Notes under the pieces: generated by a model
The model's input: the letters and a program-made list of their open reading frames with translations, nothing else
The model's database searches: none
What the model was told of the DNA's origin: nothing
Origin: Verrucomicrobiia bacterium
Lineage (GTDB): Bacteria > Verrucomicrobiota > Verrucomicrobiia > Limisphaerales > Palsa-1400
NCBI GenBank assembly: GCA_036268455.1
Contig: DATAUD010000096.1
Coordinates: forward strand, 31,577 to 95,576
Direction of reading: 5' to 3'
Length of the DNA stretch: 64,000 nt
Program-made: the position numbers and the translations under genes
In this document: one piece after another, positions 9,790 through 17,763 of the stretch
Layout: each line of letters begins with the position of its first letter
Position numbering within the stretch: the first letter of the stretch is position 1

Positions 9790-10528
9790 AGGCCGGTTGA
9801 TCCGCGACCGGTGGCTTGTCGCAACGGCCCTCGCAGTGGTGATTACACTTTGCTGGGGTTGGATCGCGCCAATGGCGTTGGACATGTACGGCCCGATGAC
9901 CGGTTGTTCAGCGTGGATGATGACAAGAACCTGGGACTTCACCCATCAGGCGCTGCTCTTCGCGATGTGGGCCGTGATGATGATTGGCATGATGCTGCCC
10001 TCCGCCGCGCCCGCCGTATTTGTTTACGCTTCCGCAGTCCGAGGAAACGGGGACAGCGAACGCGTTCTGCCGCGCGCGTTTGCTTTCGCGGCAGGATACC
10101 TGGTTGTATGGACATTATTTAGTTTGATGGCGACGGCGTTGCAGTTGGGGCTGACAAAGGCGTCGCTGCTCTCACCAATGATGGAATTGCGCAGCCGCTG
10201 GGTCGGCGGGGCGCTTGTGCTCATTGCGGGGGCGTACCAGTTCACCCCGTGGAAACGGAAGTGCCTGAAATGTTGCCGATCCCCGGTTGATCACGCCGGC
10301 CCGTTCCAGACTGGCATCCAGAATGGCATATCCTGCCTTGGTTGTTGTTGGGCGTTGATGCTGCTTCTCTTCGTCGGTGGAGTGATGAATTTGTGGTGGC
10401 TCTCCGTGCTCACGATTTTTGTCGTGCTGGAGAAACTAACCGCCCATTGGAACCAGGGCACCCGCCTTTCCGGCATGTTGCTCCTGGCCGCGGGAATTTG
10501 GTTTCTGCGCCATGGAACGATGGCATAA
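9770..10528 (+). CDS. DUF2182 predicted metal-binding integral membrane protein
   Basis: Multi-TM protein with ...AWMMTRTWDFTHQALLFAMWAVMMIGMMLPSAAP. The internal ATG at 9770 overlaps the DUF899 stop by 20 nt, so the pair is translationally coupled. Confidence 0.65.
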   Translation: MTSIPNKGRLIRDRWLVATALAVVITLCWGWIAPMALDMYGPMTGCSAWMMTRTWDFTHQALLFAMWAVMMIGMMLPSAAPAVFVYASAVRGNGDSERVLPRAFAFAAGYLVVWTLFSLMATALQLGLTKASLLSPMMELRSRWVGGALVLIAGAYQFTPWKRKCLKCCRSPVDHAGPFQTGIQNGISCLGCCWALMLLLFVGGVMNLWWLSVLTIFVVLEKLTAHWNQGTRLSGMLLLAAGIWFLRHGTMA

Positions 10529-10605
10529 GACGGCGGCCGCGATTTTGTTTTTTGCTTGCGGAGGACAATAAATCCCCGGAAAATCCCGCGACTTTGTTCA
10601 ACTAA

Positions 10606-11391
10606 GTGGAAGCCATCATTCGTCCCAATCAAGATAGCGCCGCCGACCTCGTGGCGCGCGTCATCGCCAAGGAATTGCGCGCCCATCCCTCCTCCGTCCT
10701 CGGCCTGGCCACCGGACGCACGATGGAAGCCGTTTACCGCCGGCTCGTGCAAATGAATCAAAAGGAAGACCTCGATTTCTCCCTGTGCCGGACTTTTAAC
10801 CTCGACGAATACGTCGGCCTGGGTCCCGAAGATCCGCGCTCCTACCGCTACTACATGAACGAGCGCCTTTTCAATCACGTCAATATCGACAAGCGCAATG
10901 CCCATCTTCCGAACGGCTTGGCGGCGGATTTGGAGGAGGAATCGCATCAATACGAAGTAAAGATGCGGCGTTGCGGCGGCATTGATTTGCAATTGCTGGG
11001 ACTTGGAGCCGCAGGCCACGTTGGTTTCAACGAGCCCCTCTCCGCCCTACGTTCGCGCACGCGCGTAAAAGCCTTGAGTCCCGCCACCGTTGCCCAAAAC
11101 GCCGACTTCTTTGGCGGCCCAGCAAACGTCCCGCGCCGGGCGATCACGATGGGCGTCGGCACGATCCTGGAATGCCGCCGCTGCATCCTTCTGGCCACCG
11201 GCCCCAACAAAGCGGGCGTGATCGCCAAAGCCGTTGAAGGCCCGATCACGTCGATGATTTCCGCGACCGCCCTGCAATTGCACCCTCGCTGCACCGTTGT
11301 GGTGGACGAAGCCGCGGCCGGCCAACTCAAAGCCGCCGACTACTACCGTTGGATATTCGAGAACGAACCTGAGTGGGAAGAGTTTCGATGA
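10606..11391 (+). CDS. nagB: Glucosamine-6-phosphate deaminase
   Basis: LGLATGRTMEAVYRRLV...FNLDEYVGL...LLGLGAAGHVGFNEP are NagB motifs. The ORF uses a GTG start. Confidence 0.85.
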   Translation: MEAIIRPNQDSAADLVARVIAKELRAHPSSVLGLATGRTMEAVYRRLVQMNQKEDLDFSLCRTFNLDEYVGLGPEDPRSYRYYMNERLFNHVNIDKRNAHLPNGLAADLEEESHQYEVKMRRCGGIDLQLLGLGAAGHVGFNEPLSALRSRTRVKALSPATVAQNADFFGGPANVPRRAITMGVGTILECRRCILLATGPNKAGVIAKAVEGPITSMISATALQLHPRCTVVVDEAAAGQLKAADYYRWIFENEPEWEEFR

Positions 11392-13637
11392 AAATTTTTC
11401 GCCAAGCCGGCAAAGCAAACGATCAGCGCCACAAACGCGATAGCCAGGCCCAGCCAAAAAAGATCGTCCCTGTAAACCAGGCGCACAGTATGCCGCCCCG
11501 CCGGCACTTGCACCGCTTGATAAGCCTCATTGGCGCGCAATAGTTCGGTTGGTTTGCCGTCCACCGTGGCGAGCCAGCAATGATAATAGGATTGGGCAAT
11601 CACCAGCATGGTGTTGGTTTGGGCGCCGGCTTCAAAAATGCATTCCTGGGGATGAACAATGCTGGAAACTATTCGCGCGTCGGGATCGGCCCCGGCTGTC
11701 ACAAAAGAGGATTTGTTGACAGGAAGATAGACGACAGTCGCGGGTTTGAAATCCGGCGATGCCAGCGCAGCCAAAGTCGCGTCGTCATCCAGGAAGGCAG
11801 GTCCCTGGCCAATGGTGGCAAACGGCATAAAATTGGATTGCGCATCCCATGTGAAAAAGTTTTTTGGCGAGGCGATCTGTGAGACGCCCAGAAATTCGAG
11901 CAGGTGTGGCAGCGGTTTTTCGCCACTGAGAAGAGTGTCGATTTTTCGCTGCCATGCGAGGTGAATCCCAAAAAATCCGTCTGTCTTGGGAATTCGGTCC
12001 AACAGGTTGCAATTTTCGTAAAGTTCGGCGCGCTGGCCTTTGTAAGTTTCGAGAGGGTCGGGATTGACCAGCATCCCCATCGCCCGCTCCGCGGATGGGC
12101 TGATCATCGCGCGCGACTCGCCCAAACTCGGCATGGACGACATTGCGGGCGCGCCAGGTCCGTACGCTCGCGCGGGCACGGTTGGACTTTGCGGGGGCTG
12201 ATGGAAGGTAATGTCCAGGCCCGCCAGGAACAAAAATCCAAAACCAAAAAGGACGCGATGCGTTTCGGGACGCATGGCGAAGGTGAGCATCAGCAAACCA
12301 AAGCCCGCGGCCAAAACAAACAGGCGGCCCAGACCGTTGAACCAGGTGTCGTTCCATGAATCTGTCGGAAATGGAAACCAGAACGCGACCGCGAGCACCA
12401 TTAGCACGGCGAGGGCGAGCAGAGCCGCCAACGGCCGCAAGGCGGCCTTCATTGCCACATACGACTGTGTTTGCAGCCATGCGGCGCCAGCGCCCGCAAG
12501 GAGTGAAAGCGCAAAGATCGCGATAACAATAAATTTTATCGGATAACGCGTGAAGCCCAGGAGTGGAAAAAAATGGCGGGCGTTATCGAGCAGAAAACCC
12601 GCGCGACCGAACGCCAATAGAATCGCCACAAAGGCCGTGACGCCCAGGAGAAGGCTTCGAAGCCGGCGCGCTCGCCACAGCGCGACGACGGCAAGCAACA
12701 ATGGGAGAATCCCAAGGTAATATGAAGAGGTCCATTGTTGTTCGGCCTGCATGAAAACGCCGGTGATGGAACCGGTCGAGCGGAAAAGCGGCACCAGAAA
12801 ATTCGCCAGACCCCACGGCGGCAACGACCAGGCATCGCCACCCGAGGCGCTGGACCGGTCGCCGTAAATCAGCAGATCGAACCAGGGCAGCAATTGTGCC
12901 GCGCTTAACGCGCAAATCATCAGTCCGATAAAAACCAGGCGGGTTCCCCCAAACCAGACCGTCATTTTCCTCTGGAACATGCTGACCACATAAATCCCCG
13001 CAATAATCAGCCACGTAAACAGGACGGTTTCAGGAGCGCCCGTCAACATTTGACAGGCCCCCGATAACGCGGCCCAAAACAGATGGCGGTTTCGCAACGG
13101 GGAAGTCCGTGATAACGCGCGCGCGCAGTTCAGGATCACCCAGGGCATCCACGCGAACGCGGCGATGTGGCAGGACCATCCGAGGAATTGGAACGTCAGG
13201 CCGTTCCACGCGAAAGCGAGGGCCGCCACGCTTGCGCCGAAGCGAGCGCCAAACCAGAGTTCAGCCAGGCGATACATCCCGAGCGCCGCCAGAAAAACGT
13301 GGGCCAACAAATAGAGGTTCAGCGACCACGGCATCGGCAGCAGAAGATAGATGCAGGAAGGCGGATAGAGGGTCAGCGTATTCCACTGCGCCAAAAAGGG
13401 GATGCCACAGTTGTTGTAGGGGTTCCAAAGCGGCCATTGGCCGTGCCAGACGCAGTAGCGGAAATAATAGGCGACAGGATAGGTGAAAAGTCCCGCGTCG
13501 CGATAGGCGAAGGCGCGGGTTCCGATGACGAGTCCCGGATAGGTGATGGCGATTAAAACGGCGAGCAGCAACAAAAGGCGGCCCGGCGCAAACCAACTGT
13601 CAAAACTATTTTTTGATTCGAGGGAGCCGCGCATCAT
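11343..13637 (-). CDS. YfhO-like polytopic membrane protein (GT-C-like)
   Basis: 764 aa with more than 12 TM helices and a C-terminal periplasmic domain. The general architecture resembles the YfhO / membrane glycosyltransferase family common in Verrucomicrobia. Confidence 0.55.
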   Translation of the reverse strand: MMRGSLESKNSFDSWFAPGRLLLLLAVLIAITYPGLVIGTRAFAYRDAGLFTYPVAYYFRYCVWHGQWPLWNPYNNCGIPFLAQWNTLTLYPPSCIYLLLPMPWSLNLYLLAHVFLAALGMYRLAELWFGARFGASVAALAFAWNGLTFQFLGWSCHIAAFAWMPWVILNCARALSRTSPLRNRHLFWAALSGACQMLTGAPETVLFTWLIIAGIYVVSMFQRKMTVWFGGTRLVFIGLMICALSAAQLLPWFDLLIYGDRSSASGGDAWSLPPWGLANFLVPLFRSTGSITGVFMQAEQQWTSSYYLGILPLLLAVVALWRARRLRSLLLGVTAFVAILLAFGRAGFLLDNARHFFPLLGFTRYPIKFIVIAIFALSLLAGAGAAWLQTQSYVAMKAALRPLAALLALAVLMVLAVAFWFPFPTDSWNDTWFNGLGRLFVLAAGFGLLMLTFAMRPETHRVLFGFGFLFLAGLDITFHQPPQSPTVPARAYGPGAPAMSSMPSLGESRAMISPSAERAMGMLVNPDPLETYKGQRAELYENCNLLDRIPKTDGFFGIHLAWQRKIDTLLSGEKPLPHLLEFLGVSQIASPKNFFTWDAQSNFMPFATIGQGPAFLDDDATLAALASPDFKPATVVYLPVNKSSFVTAGADPDARIVSSIVHPQECIFEAGAQTNTMLVIAQSYYHCWLATVDGKPTELLRANEAYQAVQVPAGRHTVRLVYRDDLFWLGLAIAFVALIVCFAGLAKNFHRNSSHSGSFSNIQR

Positions 13638-13653
13638 TCAAAAGATGCGCCCC

Positions 13654-14724
13654 CTATTTTGCCGGTTCGGGCGTCGCGACGGTCGTGCCGTTGCGTTTGG
13701 CCATGATGGCGTCGGTGATTTTTTTGGCCAAATCCGGCTTTTCAATAAGCGCCAGCCGGGCGGCCTCTTTGCCCTGGCCAATCAGCTCGCCCTCGAATTG
13801 GAGCCATGCGCCTTTTTTATCGACGACGCCATGAACGATGCCGACATCCAGGAGGCTCCCTTCCTTGTTGATGCCATGGTTGTAAAGGATTTCGAACTCC
13901 GCCTCGGCGAAGGGCGGCGCAACTTTATTCTTGACTATCTTGACCTTGACGGCGTTGCCGATGGCGTTGCCGGCGGCGTCCTTGAGGGTGTCGCGGCGGC
14001 GGATGTCAATACGAATACTGGCATAGAACTTGAGGGCTTTGCCGCCCGGGGTGGTTTCGGGATTGCCGAACATGACGCCGACTTTTTCGCGCAATTGATT
14101 GGTGAAAATGCAGGTGGTCTTGGATTTGGCGAGGATGGCGGTGAGCTTGCGCAAGGCCTGGCTCATCAAACGGGCCTGCATTCCCATTGTCGCCATGCCC
14201 ATTTCGCCTTCCAACTCGGCTTTTGGGACCAGCGCGGCAACGGAATCCACCACAATAACATCCAACGCGTTGGAGCGCGCGAGTGTTTCGCAAATGCTGA
14301 GAGCTTCCTCGCCGCTGTCCGGTTGCGAAACCAGCAGTTCATCGAGGTTGACGCCGAGTTTTTTCGCGTAGCCGGGGTCGAGGGCGTGCTCGGCATCGAT
14401 GAACGCCGCGAGGCCGCCGGATTTTTGGGCGTTGGCGATGACGTGCAACATGAGCGTGGTTTTGCCGGAGGATTCCGGGCCAAAAATCTCGACGACTCGG
14501 CCGCGCGGCACGCCGCCGATTCCCAGCGCCAAATCAACCGCCAGGGCGCCGGTCGGGATGAATTCAATTCCCACTTTGGCGCGGGCATCGCCCAGGCGCA
14601 TGATGCTGCCGTCGCCGTATGCTTTGGTGATGGAGGAAATGGCGGCTTCCAGATCGCGCTGGCGCGCTGGGGCGGCTTTGGGTTCGGGAGGTTTCTCGGC
14701 GATTTTCTCGGCTTTCGGAGGCAT
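13654..14724 (-). CDS. recA: Recombinase RecA
   Basis: [10 protein letters not shown] (Walker A), IVVDSVAAL and FINQ(L)REK-type motifs. Full length with an Ala/Pro-rich N-terminal extension. Confidence 0.95.
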   Translation of the reverse strand: MPPKAEKIAEKPPEPKAAPARQRDLEAAISSITKAYGDGSIMRLGDARAKVGIEFIPTGALAVDLALGIGGVPRGRVVEIFGPESSGKTTLMLHVIANAQKSGGLAAFIDAEHALDPGYAKKLGVNLDELLVSQPDSGEEALSICETLARSNALDVIVVDSVAALVPKAELEGEMGMATMGMQARLMSQALRKLTAILAKSKTTCIFTNQLREKVGVMFGNPETTPGGKALKFYASIRIDIRRRDTLKDAAGNAIGNAVKVKIVKNKVAPPFAEAEFEILYNHGINKEGSLLDVGIVHGVVDKKGAWLQFEGELIGQGKEAARLALIEKPDLAKKITDAIMAKRNGTTVATPEPAK

Positions 14725-14800
14725 AAAATAGGAAAATTCAGTGTTTAAAGTTTCAAGTTCAGCAAGCTGCTTAGAGTTGTGCCGAATTTCATCCGGTTAG

Positions 14801-15583
14801 TCAATCCCCACCGCGTCCATGGTGACGGCAGACGCCGCGTTTGCTGGAGGCGACGAACTCCAGCATCGTCCTGGCTGGAGCGCCGGTGAATTCGGATCGA
14901 GCCTCGGAGATCGACTGCGAAAGATTTTGGCCGGAGAGAAAGAGTTTTCGGTAAAGGCGCTTCAATTCCAGACGTTCTTCAGAAGTCAGGCCCGCGCGCC
15001 GGAGTCCGATCACGTTCAAGCCGCAAAGGTCATTAGTCCTGCTGACCATAGTGTAGGGCGGAAGGTCCTGGCTGATGGCGGAGCCCCCTTGCATAAGAGC
15101 CAGCGCGCCAATGCGGACGAATTGGTGGACCAGACAATTGCCCGAAATAAAAGCGCGATCGCCCACCTGAACATGGCCCCCCAACAGCGCGCCGTTGGCA
15201 ATAATGATGTCGTTGCCGAGGCAAACGTTGTGGCCGACGTGGGAGTTGGCCATGAGGAAATTGTTCGAGCCAATGACGGTCGCTTCGCCCATTTTTGCGG
15301 AACGGTGGGCCGTTGCCCCTTCGCGAAAGAGGTTCCCGCTGCCGATAACGAGTCGGGTGGGTTCGCCGTTATACTTAACATCCTGCGGGGCGTCCCCAAT
15401 GACGCAGCCCGCGTGGAAACGGTTGTTCGGGCCGATGGTCGTATGGCCGGTAAGATAGACGTGAGGGCCAAGGCAACAGCCAGGGCCGATGGAGACATCG
15501 GCGTCAACGACAGAGTAGGGGCCGATTTGGACTGTGGAATCGACCTGGGCCTTGGGGCTAATGATGGCTGTGGGATGGATCAT
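14801..15583 (-). CDS. lpxA: UDP-N-acetylglucosamine O-acyltransferase
   Basis: MIHPTAIISPKAQVDSTVQIGPYSVV is followed by hexapeptide repeats and a LpxA C-terminal helical domain. Start set at the internal Met (cat at 15581-15583). Confidence 0.9.
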   Translation of the reverse strand: MIHPTAIISPKAQVDSTVQIGPYSVVDADVSIGPGCCLGPHVYLTGHTTIGPNNRFHAGCVIGDAPQDVKYNGEPTRLVIGSGNLFREGATAHRSAKMGEATVIGSNNFLMANSHVGHNVCLGNDIIIANGALLGGHVQVGDRAFISGNCLVHQFVRIGALALMQGGSAISQDLPPYTMVSRTNDLCGLNVIGLRRAGLTSEERLELKRLYRKLFLSGQNLSQSISEARSEFTGAPARTMLEFVASSKRGVCRHHGRGGD

Positions 15584-15690
15584 GGAGAGGCCTGTGAAAC
15601 GTTCAAGAGTCGTGGCGCGAACATAGCCGGTAAAATGTCTCCATAAAATCCCGAGCGAAAGAGAAAAAACGCGTATTTTTTGGAAGAAAG

Positions 15691-15722
15691 TGGTTTGACC
15701 AGGTTTGACCAGCCTTGACCGA
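15691..15722. repeat. Three tandem ~10-bp units containing TTGACC (tGGTTTGACC aGGTTTGACC aGCCTTGACC)
   Basis: Read directly in the lpxA upstream region. The lpxA start is at 15583 on the minus strand. Confidence 0.5.
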
Positions 15723-15868
15723 CAAGGCCGAACGCTCCGGGCGAACGGCCCCGGCATTTGCATTCGACTTGCATTTTTTCACTCACATTACAGTAGTCCC
15801 ACGCATTAGTGTAATACGCAAGAACCTTTTTAAAAAATTCAGGGCGCTCGGAGGCTGGGCCGCGCGCC

Positions 15869-15884
15869 GTCTTCCTAATCGCGT
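15869..15884 (+). promoter_or_regulatory. Copy 1 of a 16-bp motif GTCTTCCTAATCGCGT, followed by TGTTGTCA, upstream of the kinase-like gene
   Basis: The 16-mer is identical to the one at 17054-17069 upstream of the HNH gene. Confidence 0.45.
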
Positions 15885-15956
15885 GTTGTCAAAAACGCTT
15901 GCAAATCGGCGGCGAGGGAGCAAAATGGCTAAAATTTAAACGCGAACGTCATTTAA

Positions 15957-16943
15957 TTGCAGAATAACAAAACGAACTCTGAAACACTGTCACAACCTAT
16001 GAACAATTTTCCCACCATTTCGATAGCGAACGTCAAACAGATTTTCAATCTTGCCAAGAACCATCCTGTGTTCCGGCTCACGCCTCACACCGGATCGGAA
16101 TTCGTCATTAAGGCGGACCGCCGGGGCGGAATGGGCAGCGCGGCTCCGGGAATCGCCAAGTTTGACGCCACGCTCATGACGAAAATCAGCAACAACACGG
16201 ATATCGAACTGCTCACGAAAACCGAGGTGTTGCAACTGCAGGGGTGCTTTTCGGTGGTCCAGCCGATAGCGGAAAGGATGTCTTTTCAAAAAAACGCGCT
16301 CAGCCCGGACAACTTCTGGTACAAGATGCCGCTGTTGAAGGTGACGACCATGGAAAGTATGTTCGATAACGAGGAAGGTAAAATGCTGCGAAAAGTGTTC
16401 AAGTTGGAAAAAAACCTCGTGAAGCTGGGGAAAATTGCGGCGGTGGACACGTTCATCGGCAACGCGGATCGCTTTGATCCCAACGGAAACCTTTCCAATT
16501 TGGGAAATATTTTCTTTGCCAAGAAACGCGGATTGCGTGGGAAGACGTTTACCCCCATTGGTTTGGATTTCTGGAATGGCTTCAGTGAGGACATGAACCT
16601 GACCTTGGGGCAATCCCGGTGGGACACGATGCAGCAAACCCACCCCAAGGACTTTTATGAGACACAATCCCGGTTCATTAAATGGCTCCTAACTCTCAAT
16701 GACAACGGCCGAATGCAAACATTCGCCCAGAATGCCGTCGAGAGCCTCAATGGAGAATTGGAAAGGAATCACGTGGATTCGATCAATACGCAAAAAACGA
16801 AATACAAAATTTTGATGGCGCGCGGGATGGAAGAAGGAGCCGGAGCCATCAAGAAGTATCTTAAAGATATTATCGCGCAGAAAGGAATGGGCGGCATTCC
16901 GGCTGGCGCGCTCTACCGAATGCGGATTCTCAAATGGGTGTAG
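15957..16943 (+). CDS. Hypothetical protein with a HipA / PI3-PI4-kinase-superfamily-like catalytic-loop motif (atypical kinase-like)
   Basis: 328 aa with no signal peptide. Contains ...AAVDTFIGNADRFDPNGNLSNLGNIFF...PIGLDFWNGF. This resembles the HipA catalytic loop IGNxDDHxKNFS and the PI3/4K pattern GDRHxxN...DFG, with the His replaced by Phe. An isolated, lower-GC gene with its own upstream motif. Confidence 0.45.
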   Translation: MQNNKTNSETLSQPMNNFPTISIANVKQIFNLAKNHPVFRLTPHTGSEFVIKADRRGGMGSAAPGIAKFDATLMTKISNNTDIELLTKTEVLQLQGCFSVVQPIAERMSFQKNALSPDNFWYKMPLLKVTTMESMFDNEEGKMLRKVFKLEKNLVKLGKIAAVDTFIGNADRFDPNGNLSNLGNIFFAKKRGLRGKTFTPIGLDFWNGFSEDMNLTLGQSRWDTMQQTHPKDFYETQSRFIKWLLTLNDNGRMQTFAQNAVESLNGELERNHVDSINTQKTKYKILMARGMEEGAGAIKKYLKDIIAQKGMGGIPAGALYRMRILKWV

Positions 16944-16984
16944 CGGATTTCGCCGCGGACTCGGGCAGGATGGCGATCTCGGTT

Positions 16985-17050
16985 GCTCGCAAGATTATTG
17001 TCAAGCGAGATTCCTCGGCTTCCGACTGATGCGACCATCGGTTCTTTTTT
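16985..17050 (+). terminator. Possible rho-independent terminator after the kinase-like gene (imperfect stem followed by TTCTTTTTT)
   Basis: ...CCGACTGATGCGACCATCGGTTCTTTTTTGC. The stem is imperfect. Confidence 0.3.
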
Positions 17051-17053
17051 GCT

Positions 17054-17069
17054 GTCTTCCTAATCGCGT
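17054..17069 (+). promoter_or_regulatory. Copy 2 of the 16-bp motif GTCTTCCTAATCGCGT, fused to TTGACA (a -35-like hexamer), upstream of the HNH gene
   Basis: GTCTTCCTAATCGCGTTGACAgtcagggcgggctttgtTACCTT. TTGACA, a 17-nt spacer and TACCTT sit ~30 nt before the ATG at 17121. Confidence 0.45.
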
Positions 17070-17120
17070 TGACAGTCAGGGCGGGCTTTGTTACCTTGCG
17101 CCCGAAGTTGGTCGATCGAT

Positions 17121-17738
17121 ATGAGCTCCTTTCTCAATCAACATGTTTTGGTGCTCAACCGCCTGTGGCAGGCGGTCAATGTCTGCACCGCCCGTCGCGC
17201 GCTAACCCTGGTTTTTGAAGGCCATGCCCAGGTCGTGTTCGGCGACACGGAGGGGGTTTTTCAAACTTTCAGCTTTGATCAGTGGCGCGATTTTTCCGAA
17301 CAGGAACCGCACCCGGAAACGATCGCGACGATTTCGTTCAAAATCCGCGTTCCGCGCGTGATTCTGCTGCTGATGTTCGACCGGTTGCCGAAGAAGGAAG
17401 TAAAATTCACGCGGCACAATATTTTCGAGCGCGACCGGAACACCTGCCAGTATTGCGGGCATATTTTTGAACGGAAGGATTTGAATCTCGACCACGTCAT
17501 TCCGCGGGACCGCGGCGGCCCGACGACCTGGGAGAATATCGTTTGCTCGTGCATCCGCTGCAACACGCAGAAGGCGAATCAAACGCCGCAGGAAGCGGGC
17601 ATGCACCTGGTGCGAAAACCGAAACGGCCAAAATGGCGTCCGTTTGTGCAGGTGAATTTTGGCGTTCAGCACGATAGCTGGAAGCATTTCCTGGATCTGG
17701 CGTATTGGAACGTGGAATTGGGCGAAGACCCGGGATAG
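17121..17738 (+). CDS. HNH endonuclease (McrA-like, COG1403)
   Basis: CQYCGHIFERKDLNLDHVIPRDRGGPTTWENIVCSCIRCNTQK is a canonical HNH/Zn-finger motif. Start set at MSSFLNQ. It converges on the RM pseudogene with a 25-nt gap. Confidence 0.8.
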   Translation: MSSFLNQHVLVLNRLWQAVNVCTARRALTLVFEGHAQVVFGDTEGVFQTFSFDQWRDFSEQEPHPETIATISFKIRVPRVILLLMFDRLPKKEVKFTRHNIFERDRNTCQYCGHIFERKDLNLDHVIPRDRGGPTTWENIVCSCIRCNTQKANQTPQEAGMHLVRKPKRPKWRPFVQVNFGVQHDSWKHFLDLAYWNVELGEDPG

Positions 17739-17763
17739 GCGAGGGCTTAATTAACTTAGCGTG

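Noticed and set aside
10291-11019. 242-aa minus-strand ORF
   Set aside because: It is antisense to the DUF2182 and nagB genes, with no motifs.
11343-11391. 49-nt convergent overlap between the nagB and YfhO-like gene 3' ends
   Set aside because: The likely cause is that one or both C-termini are called too long; low-complexity tails on both. It is not evidence of anything unusual.
14725-14800. LexA/SOS box upstream of recA
   Set aside because: Only an imperfect TTCAG-N16-TTCAG direct repeat and weak dyad symmetry were seen. No recognisable CTGT-N8-ACAG or GAAC-N4-GTTC type operator was present.
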